Source of the DNA: a virus
Taxonomy: Duplodnaviria > Caudoviricetes
DNA: 38,636 bases
IMG/VR virus record: IMGVR_UViG_3300019879_000029
Location: 1 to 38,636 of that record
Reading direction: 5' to 3' (one strand)
The notes beneath the pieces were generated by a model, which did not search any database, had not been told where the DNA came from, and was given only the letters and a program-made list of their open reading frames with translations. Positions 16,558 to 26,404 of the stretch are shown here, one piece after another. Both the position numbers and the translations under genes were made by a program. Each line of letters begins with the position of its first letter. Positions within the stretch are counted from its first letter, which is position 1.

Positions 16558-16745
16558 GCACAAGGAAGCAACGGATAGTCTGCTGGCTGCTTGGGCATCA
16601 ACCGATACTGCGCGAGGACATGAAGGTTGTCCTGAAGCCGCGCACCGAAGATCACGGGCACGTCATCCTGGAATTCATAGGACGAACGTTGTACATGGGC
16701 GAGACGGAATGTAGGCGCTGCGGGAAGAAAATGACCCTGAAGTAA
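16554..16745 (+). CDS. Small Zn-binding protein
   Basis: CWLLGH...CRRCG. Confidence 0.55.
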   Translation: MSTRKQRIVCWLLGHQPILREDMKVVLKPRTEDHGHVILEFIGRTLYMGETECRRCGKKMTLK

Positions 16746-16756
16746 AAGAGGCTGGA

Positions 16757-16933
16757 ATGAAAGCTTTTGTTTGCACTGTCGTAATAACCAACGAGTGGGA
16801 TACCAGCGATGTTGTTACCGCCATAAACATCGGAATACGGAAACTTGCAGAGGAGCGGGGAAAAGAGTTGCCTGGAATCTCCTACTCGGCTATAGTGCAC
16901 ACCGCGTTCGACCTGAAGAGGCAAGATATATGA
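16757..16933 (+). CDS. 58-aa hypothetical protein
   Basis: GAGG SD, MKAFVCTVV...; ATGA overlap with the next gene. Confidence 0.5.
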   Translation: MKAFVCTVVITNEWDTSDVVTAINIGIRKLAEERGKELPGISYSAIVHTAFDLKRQDI

Positions 16934-17247
16934 AAGCGGTCTGGAAGTTCGAGCTAAACCACTACGAGAACACGGTGACTCCTATGCCCAAAGGAGCCAA
17001 AGTCTTGACCGTGGCCTACCAGCACAACGCTCTATGTTTGTGGGCCGAAGTGAGCGCCGATGCGCCAAAAGAACAGCGTCTGTTCTCGATCTGCGGAACA
17101 GGCGATCCAATACCGGACGGTGCTCAGTACATCGGCACAGTGCAAGATGCTGGCGGGAGTTTGATTTGGCACGTCTATGAAATTACGCCGAGACAGGATG
17201 CAGTCGTGAGAGTAATCGGACTGCACTCAGGGGAGTTGCCGCGATGA
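16930..17247 (+). CDS. Phage hypothetical protein
   Basis: MKAVWKFEL...MPKGAKVL...GTGDPIP...YIGTVQ...WHVYE, a common phage protein pattern. Confidence 0.7.
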   Translation: MKAVWKFELNHYENTVTPMPKGAKVLTVAYQHNALCLWAEVSADAPKEQRLFSICGTGDPIPDGAQYIGTVQDAGGSLIWHVYEITPRQDAVVRVIGLHSGELPR

Positions 17248-17480
17248 CATGGCTTGAGCCCTGGAGAACACAGACGCGCGAAGACCCGATTAACTCTATC
17301 AATGAGTGGCGCAAGGGTTGGGCCACAAGAGGAGCCGAGCGACCAGTGGTGACCAACCAGGCCAGGTACCTGCGCCAATACTTCCGCCGGGGTCCAGTAG
17401 TCCGCCACGGATCGCCGGAACAGTACATCAAAACGCGGGTTCGGGTATTCCGGTCACGGAGATCAAATGGCACACTTTGA
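17244..17480 (+). CDS. Hypothetical basic protein
   Basis: ATGA overlap, GGAG SD. Confidence 0.45.
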   Translation: MTWLEPWRTQTREDPINSINEWRKGWATRGAERPVVTNQARYLRQYFRRGPVVRHGSPEQYIKTRVRVFRSRRSNGTL

Positions 17481-17865
17481 GATCTCAATCACCATTCCCT
17501 TGGGCGCCGGTCGGCTGTTTGCTCCCGACCGTTCTGACGTGAGTTCAGCCTTCGGCCAAGTATTTGCCAAACGCGGATACATTGTTATCGCAACGCGACC
17601 TGGTCCGCGCTTCCCGATCGGCGAACGACTAAGGAATCTCTGGGGTTATCAGACTCGCCGCGTATTTGTCGTGAGTGAGATTACGACCAAAGCTGACCTC
17701 GAGGCCCAGCACGATATGCTCTGCGAGCTACGCAAAGGCGTATGGACCAGGAGGGCAGTTAAGTATCCCGCCGGTACCACGTTCTATCGTGTCGTCCCGC
17801 TCGCGATCGCCCGCAAGCAAAAGCTATTGCCCGCAAAGGGAAAAGGAAAACTTCATGTCAGATAA
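17467..17865 (+). CDS. Hypothetical protein
   Basis: GGAG SD; overlaps neighbours. Confidence 0.55.
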   Translation: MAHFEISITIPLGAGRLFAPDRSDVSSAFGQVFAKRGYIVIATRPGPRFPIGERLRNLWGYQTRRVFVVSEITTKADLEAQHDMLCELRKGVWTRRAVKYPAGTTFYRVVPLAIARKQKLLPAKGKGKLHVR

Positions 17866-19048
17866 CAAGCTACGCATCACAGAAGTGCCACCAGAAGCGC
17901 CGCCAATTCCACCGTTGAGGCCATCCGCCGAACCTGATCTTGCTTGCGTCCATAAGTATCAGGCCACCTGGGACAATCGCATTGAGAGCATTGCCGGGCG
18001 CCGCGGTACAGAGTTCCACCGGTTCATGAAGGCTTATGTCGAGCGCTTAGTCGCCACCGACCTATCACACGATGAATCGTGGTGGCGCGCGGAGTTGGAC
18101 GTGACCACCTGCGGCAGGGACACGCGGGACTTACTGGATGGCTACCTGCCTAACTTCAAGATCGACCCACAGAAGGTACTGCACGTTGAACAGAGGCTTT
18201 ATCTTGACGACGAAATGCAACCAACCGAAGACCCTAAGCGAGCGGCATTATCAGGCCAGCCAGACATCATCATGATCGACGGCAAGACGGCCAAGGTTCC
18301 TGACTACAAGAGTCAGTTCAGGATTGTGGATGCCAAGGAATCGTTCCAGGGGAAGGGCTACGCCCTGATTGTCCTGCAACACCTCCCATTTATCGAAGAA
18401 GTCGAGTTCGAGTTGGCATTCATTCGCTGGGGCGGATCCAAGCGTACCGTGACGTATACGCGCAAAGACCACCTACGGCACCTGATTGGAGCGGCACACA
18501 AGGTCCGCGTGCGCCAACTTGATTTACATGTCCAGATGGAAAGCGGAAACCTTGAACCGGCTGTGTCTGGACCGCATTGTCTGGGGTGCCCGCTGAGACT
18601 CATGGGCTGTCCGATTGCCAAGGTGAACCCGTACGCACAGCAAACAGCGGAAGACTTGATACGGTTCGTCGTATGGGCTGAGGGTGCGACCAAGCAGGCC
18701 CGCGAGGTGCTCAAGGACCTGTTCTTGCACGAAAAGGCCGCCCCGATCGCGGATGGCAACGGCCGCACATACGAGCCGGCATTCATCCACCGGCAAAAGC
18801 GGAAGATACCCTTGGCCGCGCTCGATACCGTGAGGACATGGGAGGCCGAGGGCAACGAAAAGCGCAGCAGCCTGCTCGAATCCCTGCGGCTCGGAGGGCT
18901 CACACAGAAACTAAAAGCCAAGTTTCGTTTGCCCCTGGCAGAAAAACTGGACGCGGAAGGAATGATCCAGGTGACCGATTACACGGTATTCGGAATCAAG
19001 ATCAGCGGCATCGAGCAAAGCGAAGACGAAAGGGACTTCGAGGAGTAG
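17855..19048 (+). CDS. PD-(D/E)XK exonuclease (RecB/Cas4-like)
   Basis: GTEFH, E..L, GQPDII...DYKS, Q...YA, C-terminal HCLGCP...C cysteines. Confidence 0.8.
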   Translation: MSDNKLRITEVPPEAPPIPPLRPSAEPDLACVHKYQATWDNRIESIAGRRGTEFHRFMKAYVERLVATDLSHDESWWRAELDVTTCGRDTRDLLDGYLPNFKIDPQKVLHVEQRLYLDDEMQPTEDPKRAALSGQPDIIMIDGKTAKVPDYKSQFRIVDAKESFQGKGYALIVLQHLPFIEEVEFELAFIRWGGSKRTVTYTRKDHLRHLIGAAHKVRVRQLDLHVQMESGNLEPAVSGPHCLGCPLRLMGCPIAKVNPYAQQTAEDLIRFVVWAEGATKQAREVLKDLFLHEKAAPIADGNGRTYEPAFIHRQKRKIPLAALDTVRTWEAEGNEKRSSLLESLRLGGLTQKLKAKFRLPLAEKLDAEGMIQVTDYTVFGIKISGIEQSEDERDFEE

Positions 19049-19107
19049 TTCACTATGGGGTCCCAGAGGAAACCAACCAAACCACTGAGTGATGGAGAGT
19101 TGCCAGA

Positions 19108-19380
19108 ATGATAGAGGACACCATACTACCGGCTGAACTACCTGACGAACTTCCGGATACCGGCGCCGATGCGATCATGGAGGCCGTCATGTCGATAACC
19201 GCTCTATTGAACTCAGAGCACATCCCGCCGCCGATCGGGCCTATCGCTGTGCGAGCGTGGCTAAAGGCATGGGAGAGTCGTGACCTGGATGCCGACGAGA
19301 CGACAGAGGCTATGAGTGCCCTAATCAGAGAAGAGTGGCGCAAGGAAGTCGCGGCCATCAAGAAAAGGACGATCATATGA
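19108..19380 (+). CDS. Hypothetical protein
   Basis: GGAG SD; ATGA overlap. Confidence 0.55.
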   Translation: MIEDTILPAELPDELPDTGADAIMEAVMSITALLNSEHIPPPIGPIAVRAWLKAWESRDLDADETTEAMSALIREEWRKEVAAIKKRTII

Positions 19381-19820
19381 ACCCTTTGACCTACGCTTTC
19401 ACACCGATCATGCAGGACCAGTGGGGCGATAAAGCGCTCCTAGCGATGGAAACTGAAGGCTGGAAGTTAATCAGCGTATCAGTTACCGAGACGCCAGGTC
19501 TGCCGAACTGCTTCTATTGTTTCTGGAGAAAAGACTCAACTCCGCACGTGAAGACGCTGGAAACGCTCTACCCTTTCCCTTGCGCCCTGTGCGGCAAAGA
19601 TGTTATGTCGATCGAGGACCGTGACTGGCATGGGTTGGGTAACTGTGTCGGTATCTGCCCTTCGTGTGTAGGCTCCGGAAGCGACGAGAAGCGGCAAGAC
19701 ACGATTGAGAAGTTATCCGATGCGTTAGCCAAGAAGATGCCGCCAAAGATTTGGCAGGAAGCAGGAGACCTGGCTGGGTGGTTAAGCACGGAAATGAAAC
19801 AGTTTTTCGATAAAGTCTGA
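19377..19820 (+). CDS. Hypothetical protein with Cys motifs
   Basis: EGWKLISV; CALC...CPSC. Confidence 0.55.
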   Translation: MNPLTYAFTPIMQDQWGDKALLAMETEGWKLISVSVTETPGLPNCFYCFWRKDSTPHVKTLETLYPFPCALCGKDVMSIEDRDWHGLGNCVGICPSCVGSGSDEKRQDTIEKLSDALAKKMPPKIWQEAGDLAGWLSTEMKQFFDKV

Positions 19821-19836
19821 GGCAAAGGAGAAGTTG

Positions 19837-20316
19837 ATGGATCAGGAGCAGACACAAAATCACTTTAAGGGCTACGCACTGGTGGAGATCTTCGGCCACC
19901 AGAAAGAGGCTGGTTTTGTCGAAACCGTGTACTTTGGGACGGCCTGTATGTTCCGCGTCGACGTCCCAGGGCTCGATGAACGCGAGTGGGCACTGGAGCG
20001 TCCGGAATACGGCCAGCACACCGGATACAAGGAATTGCCTGTGGGAACCAAGGTTAAGCGTGCCGCGGTAGCGCCACGGTCAAGGCTGCTAGGCGTAGGT
20101 GCCATCTACGGGATGACGCCATGCACAGAGGAGGTTGTCCGCAAGGCGATCGAGCAGGGTATCGCTCGTCCGTTGATCGTGCTGGAGTTGCCCAAAGCCA
20201 AAGAACTGACAGCCGGGGCCAACGAAGAAGAACTAGACGAGACCAGTTCAGACGCATGCCCTGATTGCAACGCACCGGCAGAGGAGCCATGCCGGCCAGG
20301 ATGCCCCAATGCCTAA
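19837..20316 (+). CDS. Phage hypothetical protein
   Basis: AAGGAG SD; ALVEIFGHQKEAG...AIYGMTPCTEE. Confidence 0.65.
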   Translation: MDQEQTQNHFKGYALVEIFGHQKEAGFVETVYFGTACMFRVDVPGLDEREWALERPEYGQHTGYKELPVGTKVKRAAVAPRSRLLGVGAIYGMTPCTEEVVRKAIEQGIARPLIVLELPKAKELTAGANEEELDETSSDACPDCNAPAEEPCRPGCPNA

Positions 20317-20559
20317 AGTTAACCGGATCGCGGCCGAGTGGAACACGTTCGTCGAAGTTGTTGGTTTACAGAGGTTCTCCGCGACCCAGAAGCAGGAAAT
20401 GTGTCGGGCTTTCTATGCCGCGCCCTCTCACTCCTCTACATCCTAACAAACCAGATGGACTCCGACCGTGAGCCGACCGAGGCCGATATGAAACTAATCG
20501 ATGACATTGGAGCCGAAATCCAAGCGTTTCAAAATGCCGCGAAGGCCGGGCGCGCATGA
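20309..20559 (+). pseudogene. Hypothetical gene with a 1-nt frameshift at about 20420
   Basis: MPKVNRIAAEW...EMCRAFYA continues in the -1 frame as ALSLLYILTNQMD...; adding one G gives RAFYAGALS. Confidence 0.6.
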
Positions 20560-21086
20560 AGATCAAAGTCATCTCGCTTTGGCAACCGTGGGCCTGGGCA
20601 ATGTGGGAAGAACTAAAGCGGTACGAAACGCGGATTGCCGCCGCTCCGGTTGTACGGCAACTCCGCACGTATCGCGGTTGGCTCGGGATCCACGCGGCCA
20701 AGAAGCCGTTCAATATTCACGATTATCCTGCTGAGTGGCTCAACGAACTGCGCAAGCACTGGCAGTCCGTCCAAGGAAATCAGACTTCAGAAATACAGAC
20801 CAATGAATTCCAGCAGGCTTTGCATTACGGGTGTCTGGGAGGGATCGTCAAATTCGATGGAGGGTTATTCCAGACACAGTCGATCGCTTCAAAACTCACG
20901 CCGACAGAGATATTTTTTGGCGATTACACGGCCGGGCGCAGGGCCATCCACTGTCCAGGGATGATCCCTCTCGACGTTCCGATACCGCTGCGCGGGCAGC
21001 AAGGCTTGTTTGACTGGGAAGTCTGGCCAGAGGTTGAAGAGCGATTGAAAGCCCAGACAGTGAAAGCCCAGACAGGGCGCGTATGA
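20556..21086 (+). CDS. ASCH-domain protein
   Basis: ISLWQPWA...KRYETR...RGWLGIHAAK...PIPLRGQQGLF. Confidence 0.85.
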   Translation: MKIKVISLWQPWAWAMWEELKRYETRIAAAPVVRQLRTYRGWLGIHAAKKPFNIHDYPAEWLNELRKHWQSVQGNQTSEIQTNEFQQALHYGCLGGIVKFDGGLFQTQSIASKLTPTEIFFGDYTAGRRAIHCPGMIPLDVPIPLRGQQGLFDWEVWPEVEERLKAQTVKAQTGRV

Positions 21087-21706
21087 GAACAGTCGCTAAA
21101 ACGCGCACCGCGGCGGACTGGCACGTCGGTTATACAACGGCCGAGCACGTCAAAGCCGAAATCTCCAAGTGGGCGATGGGGGTGGAAATGTGGCCATTGA
21201 CCGAGATCGGCGGCATCGTCGACGGCATACTCGACCTGGTCCTGATCCCGATGGCCATGGACGCGCCAATATTCAAGGGACTGATGGCCGCCCGCGGTGA
21301 CTGGACGGCCCGCCTTGGCCTCGTTGGAGTTGAGGTCAAGGTTGACAGGAGTGATTTCAAGAACGGACTAGACAACGGCCAGTTCTCGCGCTACGACAAG
21401 GACTTGTGCGGGTTGTACATCGCGGGCCCCAAAGACGTGGTGGTGCTCAAAGAAGTCCCTCCTGAGCACGGTGTGATCCACGTGGGCAGGGACAGGATCG
21501 CGTGCCGTAGGCATCCGCGATGGAAGCAGGCGCCGCCGGTCAGCACCTCTGAATTCTGGCGGCTGATGTGGGCAATCGCCAAGCAACTCCGCTGTGAGCG
21601 CCGGCGTGAAGCGGATAAAGCTTTATCGCTTGAGCGCCGGATCAAAGAAGCGGCTGGCGTTGCCATCTGGAAAGCGATCAACGCAAAAACCAAGGGAGCC
21701 CTGTGA
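21083..21706 (+). CDS. PD-(D/E)XK nuclease-like protein (MmcB-like)
   Basis: E...DL...GVEVKVDRSDF...YIAGP...EVPPEHGVI. Confidence 0.7.
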   Translation: MRTVAKTRTAADWHVGYTTAEHVKAEISKWAMGVEMWPLTEIGGIVDGILDLVLIPMAMDAPIFKGLMAARGDWTARLGLVGVEVKVDRSDFKNGLDNGQFSRYDKDLCGLYIAGPKDVVVLKEVPPEHGVIHVGRDRIACRRHPRWKQAPPVSTSEFWRLMWAIAKQLRCERRREADKALSLERRIKEAAGVAIWKAINAKTKGAL

Positions 21707-22176
21707 TGCCTAAAGCGAAAGTAAATATTGTGTACGCAAGCCGGTACACCCAGTGTGGTGCCCTTGTGCTGGAAGCACGCCCAGACCACGCCATTATTGC
21801 CCAGATAGAAAAGATTCTTGAGGACGTGTGTTACCGCGACTGGGAGTGGTACCTCATCATCACCGGCGACGAGATAACCCTGGCTTCCAGTTTCAACGTG
21901 GAAGATACCACGACACACAGGCCGGTCAGGTTGATGTTCTTTGCCGGCGCTCTGGTTGTCACTGGGTTATACCGTTGGGCCCATGTTCCACTAGAGAATT
22001 TAGTTTTAGACCATGCGTGGCGAGCCGTAAAGGAATTCGCTTTACACGAAGCCGCTGAGTGGTTTTTATACAAGGGTGCCATGATCCACGATCCACATAA
22101 AGACGAGCGCGCAACTCATGAGTTAGAGAAGAAATACACGGATTCAATAAAAACCTTGCATTCTGGGAAATGGTAG
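21703..22176 (+). CDS. Phage hypothetical protein
   Basis: LHEAAEWF...HDPH motif. Confidence 0.6.
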   Translation: MMPKAKVNIVYASRYTQCGALVLEARPDHAIIAQIEKILEDVCYRDWEWYLIITGDEITLASSFNVEDTTTHRPVRLMFFAGALVVTGLYRWAHVPLENLVLDHAWRAVKEFALHEAAEWFLYKGAMIHDPHKDERATHELEKKYTDSIKTLHSGKW

Positions 22177-22266
22177 GTATTATGTTCCAGTCTCTTCAGG
22201 GACAAACAGGGTCTTCATCGCAGCGGTTCCCCCGAACCGCTGCAACCCTCTCGGGGGAGGGGTTTA
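22156..22266 (+). promoter_or_regulatory. Promoter and two-hairpin leader before the replication initiator
   Basis: TTGCAT-16-TATTAT; GCAGCGGTTC-CCCC-GAACCGCTGC hairpin; AACCCTCTC/GGGAGGGGTT hairpin covering the SD. Confidence 0.55.
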
Positions 22267-22267
22267 A

Positions 22268-23284
22268 TTGAGAATCAGAACCACCAAACCGGAGTTTTAC
22301 CAACACGAGTTTCTTTCCGCGCTACCAGCGGAGACCCATCTTTTAGCCGGTGGACTATTGTGTTACTCCGACGATGAAGGCTACTTCAACGCAAACCCGG
22401 AACTGATAAAATCAGCCATTTTTCCTGTCCGTAAATTGTCCGGTACTGTTCCAGTAATGCTCCAGGAGCTTTCCGGCAAAGTGCAATTTATACGTCTTGG
22501 AGCCACCGAGGACGGTCGCAGATGGGGTCGTGTCCTTAATTTCAAGGACCATCAGGTTATAAGCCACCCTAAAGCCAGTAAGATCAAGGACTTAAAAATA
22601 TTATGGGAAGATTCCAGTAATGTTCCAGTAACAGTCCATCCTGAATGGAAGGGAAAGGAAGGGAAGGGAAGGGAACAGGGAAAGGAATCAAAACCTTCTG
22701 CTCGCAAAGCTCGCAGTGGGCCAGTTTCAAAATCTAGTCAGGTAGCAGCCGCCACCGGTGAAACAAAACACAAGCGCATCGAGGGCATGATTAAGGCCGC
22801 ATGGGAAGAAAATAACCCAGGCGCGGGCAAGTGCCCGTTCGGTGCGGCCGACGGGAAACAGGTTGAGTTGATGCTGAAGAAGACCGCAAGTTGGCCAGAT
22901 TCCAGTTACGCGCAGTGTTTGGCGAACATATACGCAACAGACGGTTTCCCGAGATCTGAGCTTCCTGTGCACTTTCTTCCGCGGTTGCCGAGTTACTTTT
23001 CAGGACCACGAGACCGATACAGCAGGGAGTTAGGAGCCAATGGGAACGGATCTTCAAAAGCAGACCGAAAGAGCGCTGATATTCGCGCATCAACCGGACG
23101 AGTTTTTGACGCAGCTAGAAGCGTTCATGGTAACGATTCAAGATGCCTACAGGAGCAAACTCTCGGAGACCGAACAGCAACTCTGGATCAGGGCGCTTTG
23201 TCAGAGCGAGGAAAAGTTCTCGATCCAGGAGATACTGTCGGCGCTGGACGAGATAGTAAAAAACCCGCCGCTGTACGAAGTTGA
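22268..23284 (+). CDS. Phage replication initiator protein
   Basis: RIRTTKPEF...SDDEGYF...NFKDHQ N-terminal domain followed by a GKEGKG linker. Confidence 0.8.
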   Translation: MRIRTTKPEFYQHEFLSALPAETHLLAGGLLCYSDDEGYFNANPELIKSAIFPVRKLSGTVPVMLQELSGKVQFIRLGATEDGRRWGRVLNFKDHQVISHPKASKIKDLKILWEDSSNVPVTVHPEWKGKEGKGREQGKESKPSARKARSGPVSKSSQVAAATGETKHKRIEGMIKAAWEENNPGAGKCPFGAADGKQVELMLKKTASWPDSSYAQCLANIYATDGFPRSELPVHFLPRLPSYFSGPRDRYSRELGANGNGSSKADRKSADIRASTGRVFDAARSVHGNDSRCLQEQTLGDRTATLDQGALSERGKVLDPGDTVGAGRDSKKPAAVRS

Positions 23285-23675
23285 TGGGCCCGAAGGGCCG
23301 GTAACCCAGAAGTGGCGGGGGTTGCCGAAGTTGCCTGATCTGGTTGATGCGATGCTCAGTCTTCGGAGGAAGTCAGTCCAGGAAGCAAGACGCTTGAAGG
23401 CTGAAGCAGACGCCAAACAGTATCGGCAACTTGAAAAAGACCGCGCAGAACATCCGGAGAATTTTTTGGGGTGGGGTGAATTTGTGGCGAAGGCAAAACA
23501 GGAGCACCCTGAATTTTTTCATGGTTCTGTGCCAGATAGAGATGGCGCAAAGACTCCGCTCGCGATGGAGCCGGAGCGTATCAGTCCGGTCCTGGTGAAC
23601 GACGAATTGGCAGCGCGGCGCGTTCAACAACTCAAAAATCAACTTGAGGAACACGAGAGGAGCAAGGCGAAGTGA
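23040..23675 (+). CDS. Hypothetical protein, helicase-loader position
   Basis: AGGAG SD; overlaps the initiator 3' end; GLPKLPDL motif. Confidence 0.55.
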   Translation: MGTDLQKQTERALIFAHQPDEFLTQLEAFMVTIQDAYRSKLSETEQQLWIRALCQSEEKFSIQEILSALDEIVKNPPLYEVDGPEGPVTQKWRGLPKLPDLVDAMLSLRRKSVQEARRLKAEADAKQYRQLEKDRAEHPENFLGWGEFVAKAKQEHPEFFHGSVPDRDGAKTPLAMEPERISPVLVNDELAARRVQQLKNQLEEHERSKAK

Positions 23676-25312
23676 TCCCACACATTAAACTCCCATTTCC
23701 CCCACAAGTCCCATCACAGCACCTAGTAGTGCTCGGCAAAACCGGCGCCGGCAAATCGTCAGTGCTTCGCGTCATCGTCGAGTACCTGCTACACCACAAA
23801 AAGCGCGTCTGTATTGTTGACATCAAGGGTGACTGGTACGGCCTGAAGTCCTCGGCGGACGGCAAAAGCGCAGGGTTTCCCGTTATTGCCTTCGGTGACT
23901 TCCGCGAACCCAAAGCACAGGACGTTCCAATCAACCAGCATTCCGGTAAGCACGTTGCCGAACTGATAACCAGCGGCAATCGGCCATGCATTATCGGCTT
24001 TCGTGGTTGGATGCCAGGCCAGATTACGGATTTCTGGCTGGAGTTCGCGCCTACGCTGTTCAACAAGAATGAGGGCGAACTTTACGTCGTCATCTCGGAG
24101 TGCCACAATTTTGCGCCCAAAGGCAAGGTGCTCGATCCTAAAGCCGGGAAGGTGCTGCATTGGACGAACCGCCTACTGAGCGAAGGCCGAGGCCTGGGCA
24201 TGACTTTCCTTCTGGACTCCCAGCGGCCACAGAAGGTCCATAACGACACGTTGACAAGTTGCGAAACCTTGATTGGCATGCGGGTAGTCCACAAGGCGGA
24301 CCGTGACGCAATCGAGGATTGGATCATCGGCTGTGGCGATCTAAAGTTGGGCAAGGAGGTACTCAACTCCCTTGCGCAGTTGGCGCGTGGTGAAGCCTGG
24401 GTATGGTCACCGGAGATTGGTTTCGGTCCCGAGCGTATCCAGTTCCCGATGTTTGAAACATTCGATTCGTTCGCGCCGGCACAACTCCAGAAGAAAGTCA
24501 GCGACAGCGGCTGGTCTTCGGTTGACCTGGAGGCGGTAAAGACCAAACTGGCCACCGTGATCGAGGAAGCCAAAGGAAATGATCCTGCCGAGCTGAAGGC
24601 GCGCATCCGGCAGCTTGAACAGGAAGCGAGAACACAGAGGCCAGCGCAGGCAGTTCCCGTCATCCAGGAAAAGATTGTTGAGATTCCCGCTGTTTCACAG
24701 AAGCACATCGACTCACTGAATAACGCAATTAAAGAAATAAAGTCAATCCGTGAGTGGGCCGAAAAGACAGCGGGAGCGATAGAACTAGAACTACGCAATG
24801 TGCAGAACCGCGCTGCCGTAAAGCTCGGCGGCGTGCCCGTTCGCGTTGACCCCAAGATGCCACGCGGCCAGATCGACATTCACGATTCACGTGGACGCAG
24901 GCCCGCCATTGTGGCAGTCGCTTTTCTGGCTGGCTACACCGTCGGCGGAGGCGCTTTCAATAATCCCCGCGGTGCCCTTCGTCAACAGGGACTGATCGAC
25001 TATCGCGGTGACGGTTTGGTGCTCACGGACAAAGGCAGACAATCTGCTCATGCTCCAGATGCTTCGCTGACCACCAAAGAATTACACGACAGAGTACTTC
25101 GGCAATTGCCTGGACCAGAACAGAAGATTCTGTCTGCGCTCTTACTTGCCTATCCCGACGCTCTACAGAATGACGAATTAGCGCGGCGTTCAGGATATGA
25201 ACCAGGAGGCGGAGCCTTCAACAATCCGAGAGGCCGGCTAAAGAGTTTTGAGTTGATCGAGTACCCAGAGCGCGGCATGGTGCGGGCAGCAGACTTACTG
25301 TTCCTGAATTGA
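23672..25312 (+). CDS. HerA/FtsK-family (DUF87-like) ATPase with tandem C-terminal wHTH-like repeats
   Basis: GKTGAGKS, IVDIKGDW, ECHNFAP, EGRGLG, SQRPQ; GGGAFNNPRG occurs twice. Confidence 0.85.
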   Translation: MIPHIKLPFPPQVPSQHLVVLGKTGAGKSSVLRVIVEYLLHHKKRVCIVDIKGDWYGLKSSADGKSAGFPVIAFGDFREPKAQDVPINQHSGKHVAELITSGNRPCIIGFRGWMPGQITDFWLEFAPTLFNKNEGELYVVISECHNFAPKGKVLDPKAGKVLHWTNRLLSEGRGLGMTFLLDSQRPQKVHNDTLTSCETLIGMRVVHKADRDAIEDWIIGCGDLKLGKEVLNSLAQLARGEAWVWSPEIGFGPERIQFPMFETFDSFAPAQLQKKVSDSGWSSVDLEAVKTKLATVIEEAKGNDPAELKARIRQLEQEARTQRPAQAVPVIQEKIVEIPAVSQKHIDSLNNAIKEIKSIREWAEKTAGAIELELRNVQNRAAVKLGGVPVRVDPKMPRGQIDIHDSRGRRPAIVAVAFLAGYTVGGGAFNNPRGALRQQGLIDYRGDGLVLTDKGRQSAHAPDASLTTKELHDRVLRQLPGPEQKILSALLLAYPDALQNDELARRSGYEPGGGAFNNPRGRLKSFELIEYPERGMVRAADLLFLN

Positions 25313-25412
25313 AAGCGAGGTGAACCGTGTAGAAAAGAGCGACAACCGCTTAAATTTAAGGGAATTATACATGAGTCCAAATCTCATCCTTCAGTAAAAG
25401 GAGATCTTCAAG

Positions 25413-25691
25413 ATGGAATCAGTAGAGCAGAAACTGAAAGATATTCTCGTAAACCAGTTGGGTGTGGATGCGGAAGAAGTGAAATCAACAGCCCACATCT
25501 ACGACGATCTAGGCGCCGACTCTCTCGATGCGGTTGAGACTACCATGGCAATCGAGGAGGAATTCGATATCCAGATTCCCGACGAGGACATGGGCCAGTG
25601 GCAAACTGTCGGCGACATCGTGGCTTACATAACAAATAAACTCCCAGCTGACGCACGAAATCAAGCATACAGACAAAATACGGAGGGCTAA
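25413..25691 (+). CDS. acpP: Acyl carrier protein
   Basis: DLGADSLDAVETTMAIEEEFDIQIPDED with the phosphopantetheine-attachment Ser. Confidence 0.93.
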   Translation: MESVEQKLKDILVNQLGVDAEEVKSTAHIYDDLGADSLDAVETTMAIEEEFDIQIPDEDMGQWQTVGDIVAYITNKLPADARNQAYRQNTEG

Positions 25692-25692
25692 A

Positions 25693-26319
25693 ATGCTGCA
25701 ATTACTCGCTCACTTGTGCGGAGATTACATCCTCCAGTCGGACTGGATGGCACAGAACAAGACCAAGCGGTCCTGGCCAGCGTTCGTCCACGCTCTGCTG
25801 TATTCGCTGTGTTTCCTGCCGTTGTGCTGGGTGGCGGCTCGCCACATTCCGGAGCGCCACGTAGACGTACAGCCAACTCGGGTGATCATCCACACACAGG
25901 CCGCGGTGACAGCAGCGATCAATATTGACGGCAGTTACAAGATTCCAGCAGAGCACACTCCTGGGCGCTTTCGTTGGGCAGCATGGCTGGTGATCTTCAG
26001 TACTCACTTCCTGATCGACCGTTTCCGGCTGGCACGGTACGTGGTTTGGGTCAAGAACTGGATGGGGCCAAAGAAGCTCTGGTACCGCATTCCTTACGGC
26101 GGGGGCATTCGGTGGACTGATGATGCAGCGGAAGCAAGTCAGCATGCATACAAGAAGATTGACGACTATTACATTTTCCACGGAGCGACTCCGCCTTTGT
26201 GGGCCTGCCCGACAGGCTACTCGCCGTTGACACCGATCTGGCTGGCTACCTGGCTGCTGATCATTGCCGACAATACCTGCCATATATTCCTGAACTATTT
26301 GGCACTGAGATATCTATGA
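25693..26319 (+). CDS. DUF3307-like membrane protein
   Basis: AHLCGDYILQ...HALLY...THFLIDR...ADNTCH. Confidence 0.8.
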   Translation: MLQLLAHLCGDYILQSDWMAQNKTKRSWPAFVHALLYSLCFLPLCWVAARHIPERHVDVQPTRVIIHTQAAVTAAINIDGSYKIPAEHTPGRFRWAAWLVIFSTHFLIDRFRLARYVVWVKNWMGPKKLWYRIPYGGGIRWTDDAAEASQHAYKKIDDYYIFHGATPPLWACPTGYSPLTPIWLATWLLIIADNTCHIFLNYLALRYL

Positions 26320-26404
26320 AGTCGATGGACATGTTTCGCGCGCGCTAGGCTTTATCGTTTTTCAGTTAGCAGACGTAAACTATTGACCAAAAGGAGAACA
26401 ACAA

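Noticed and set aside
17855-19048. CRISPR-associated Cas4
   Set aside because: No array or other cas genes. Context with the RecT-like protein and ATPase indicates a recombination exonuclease.
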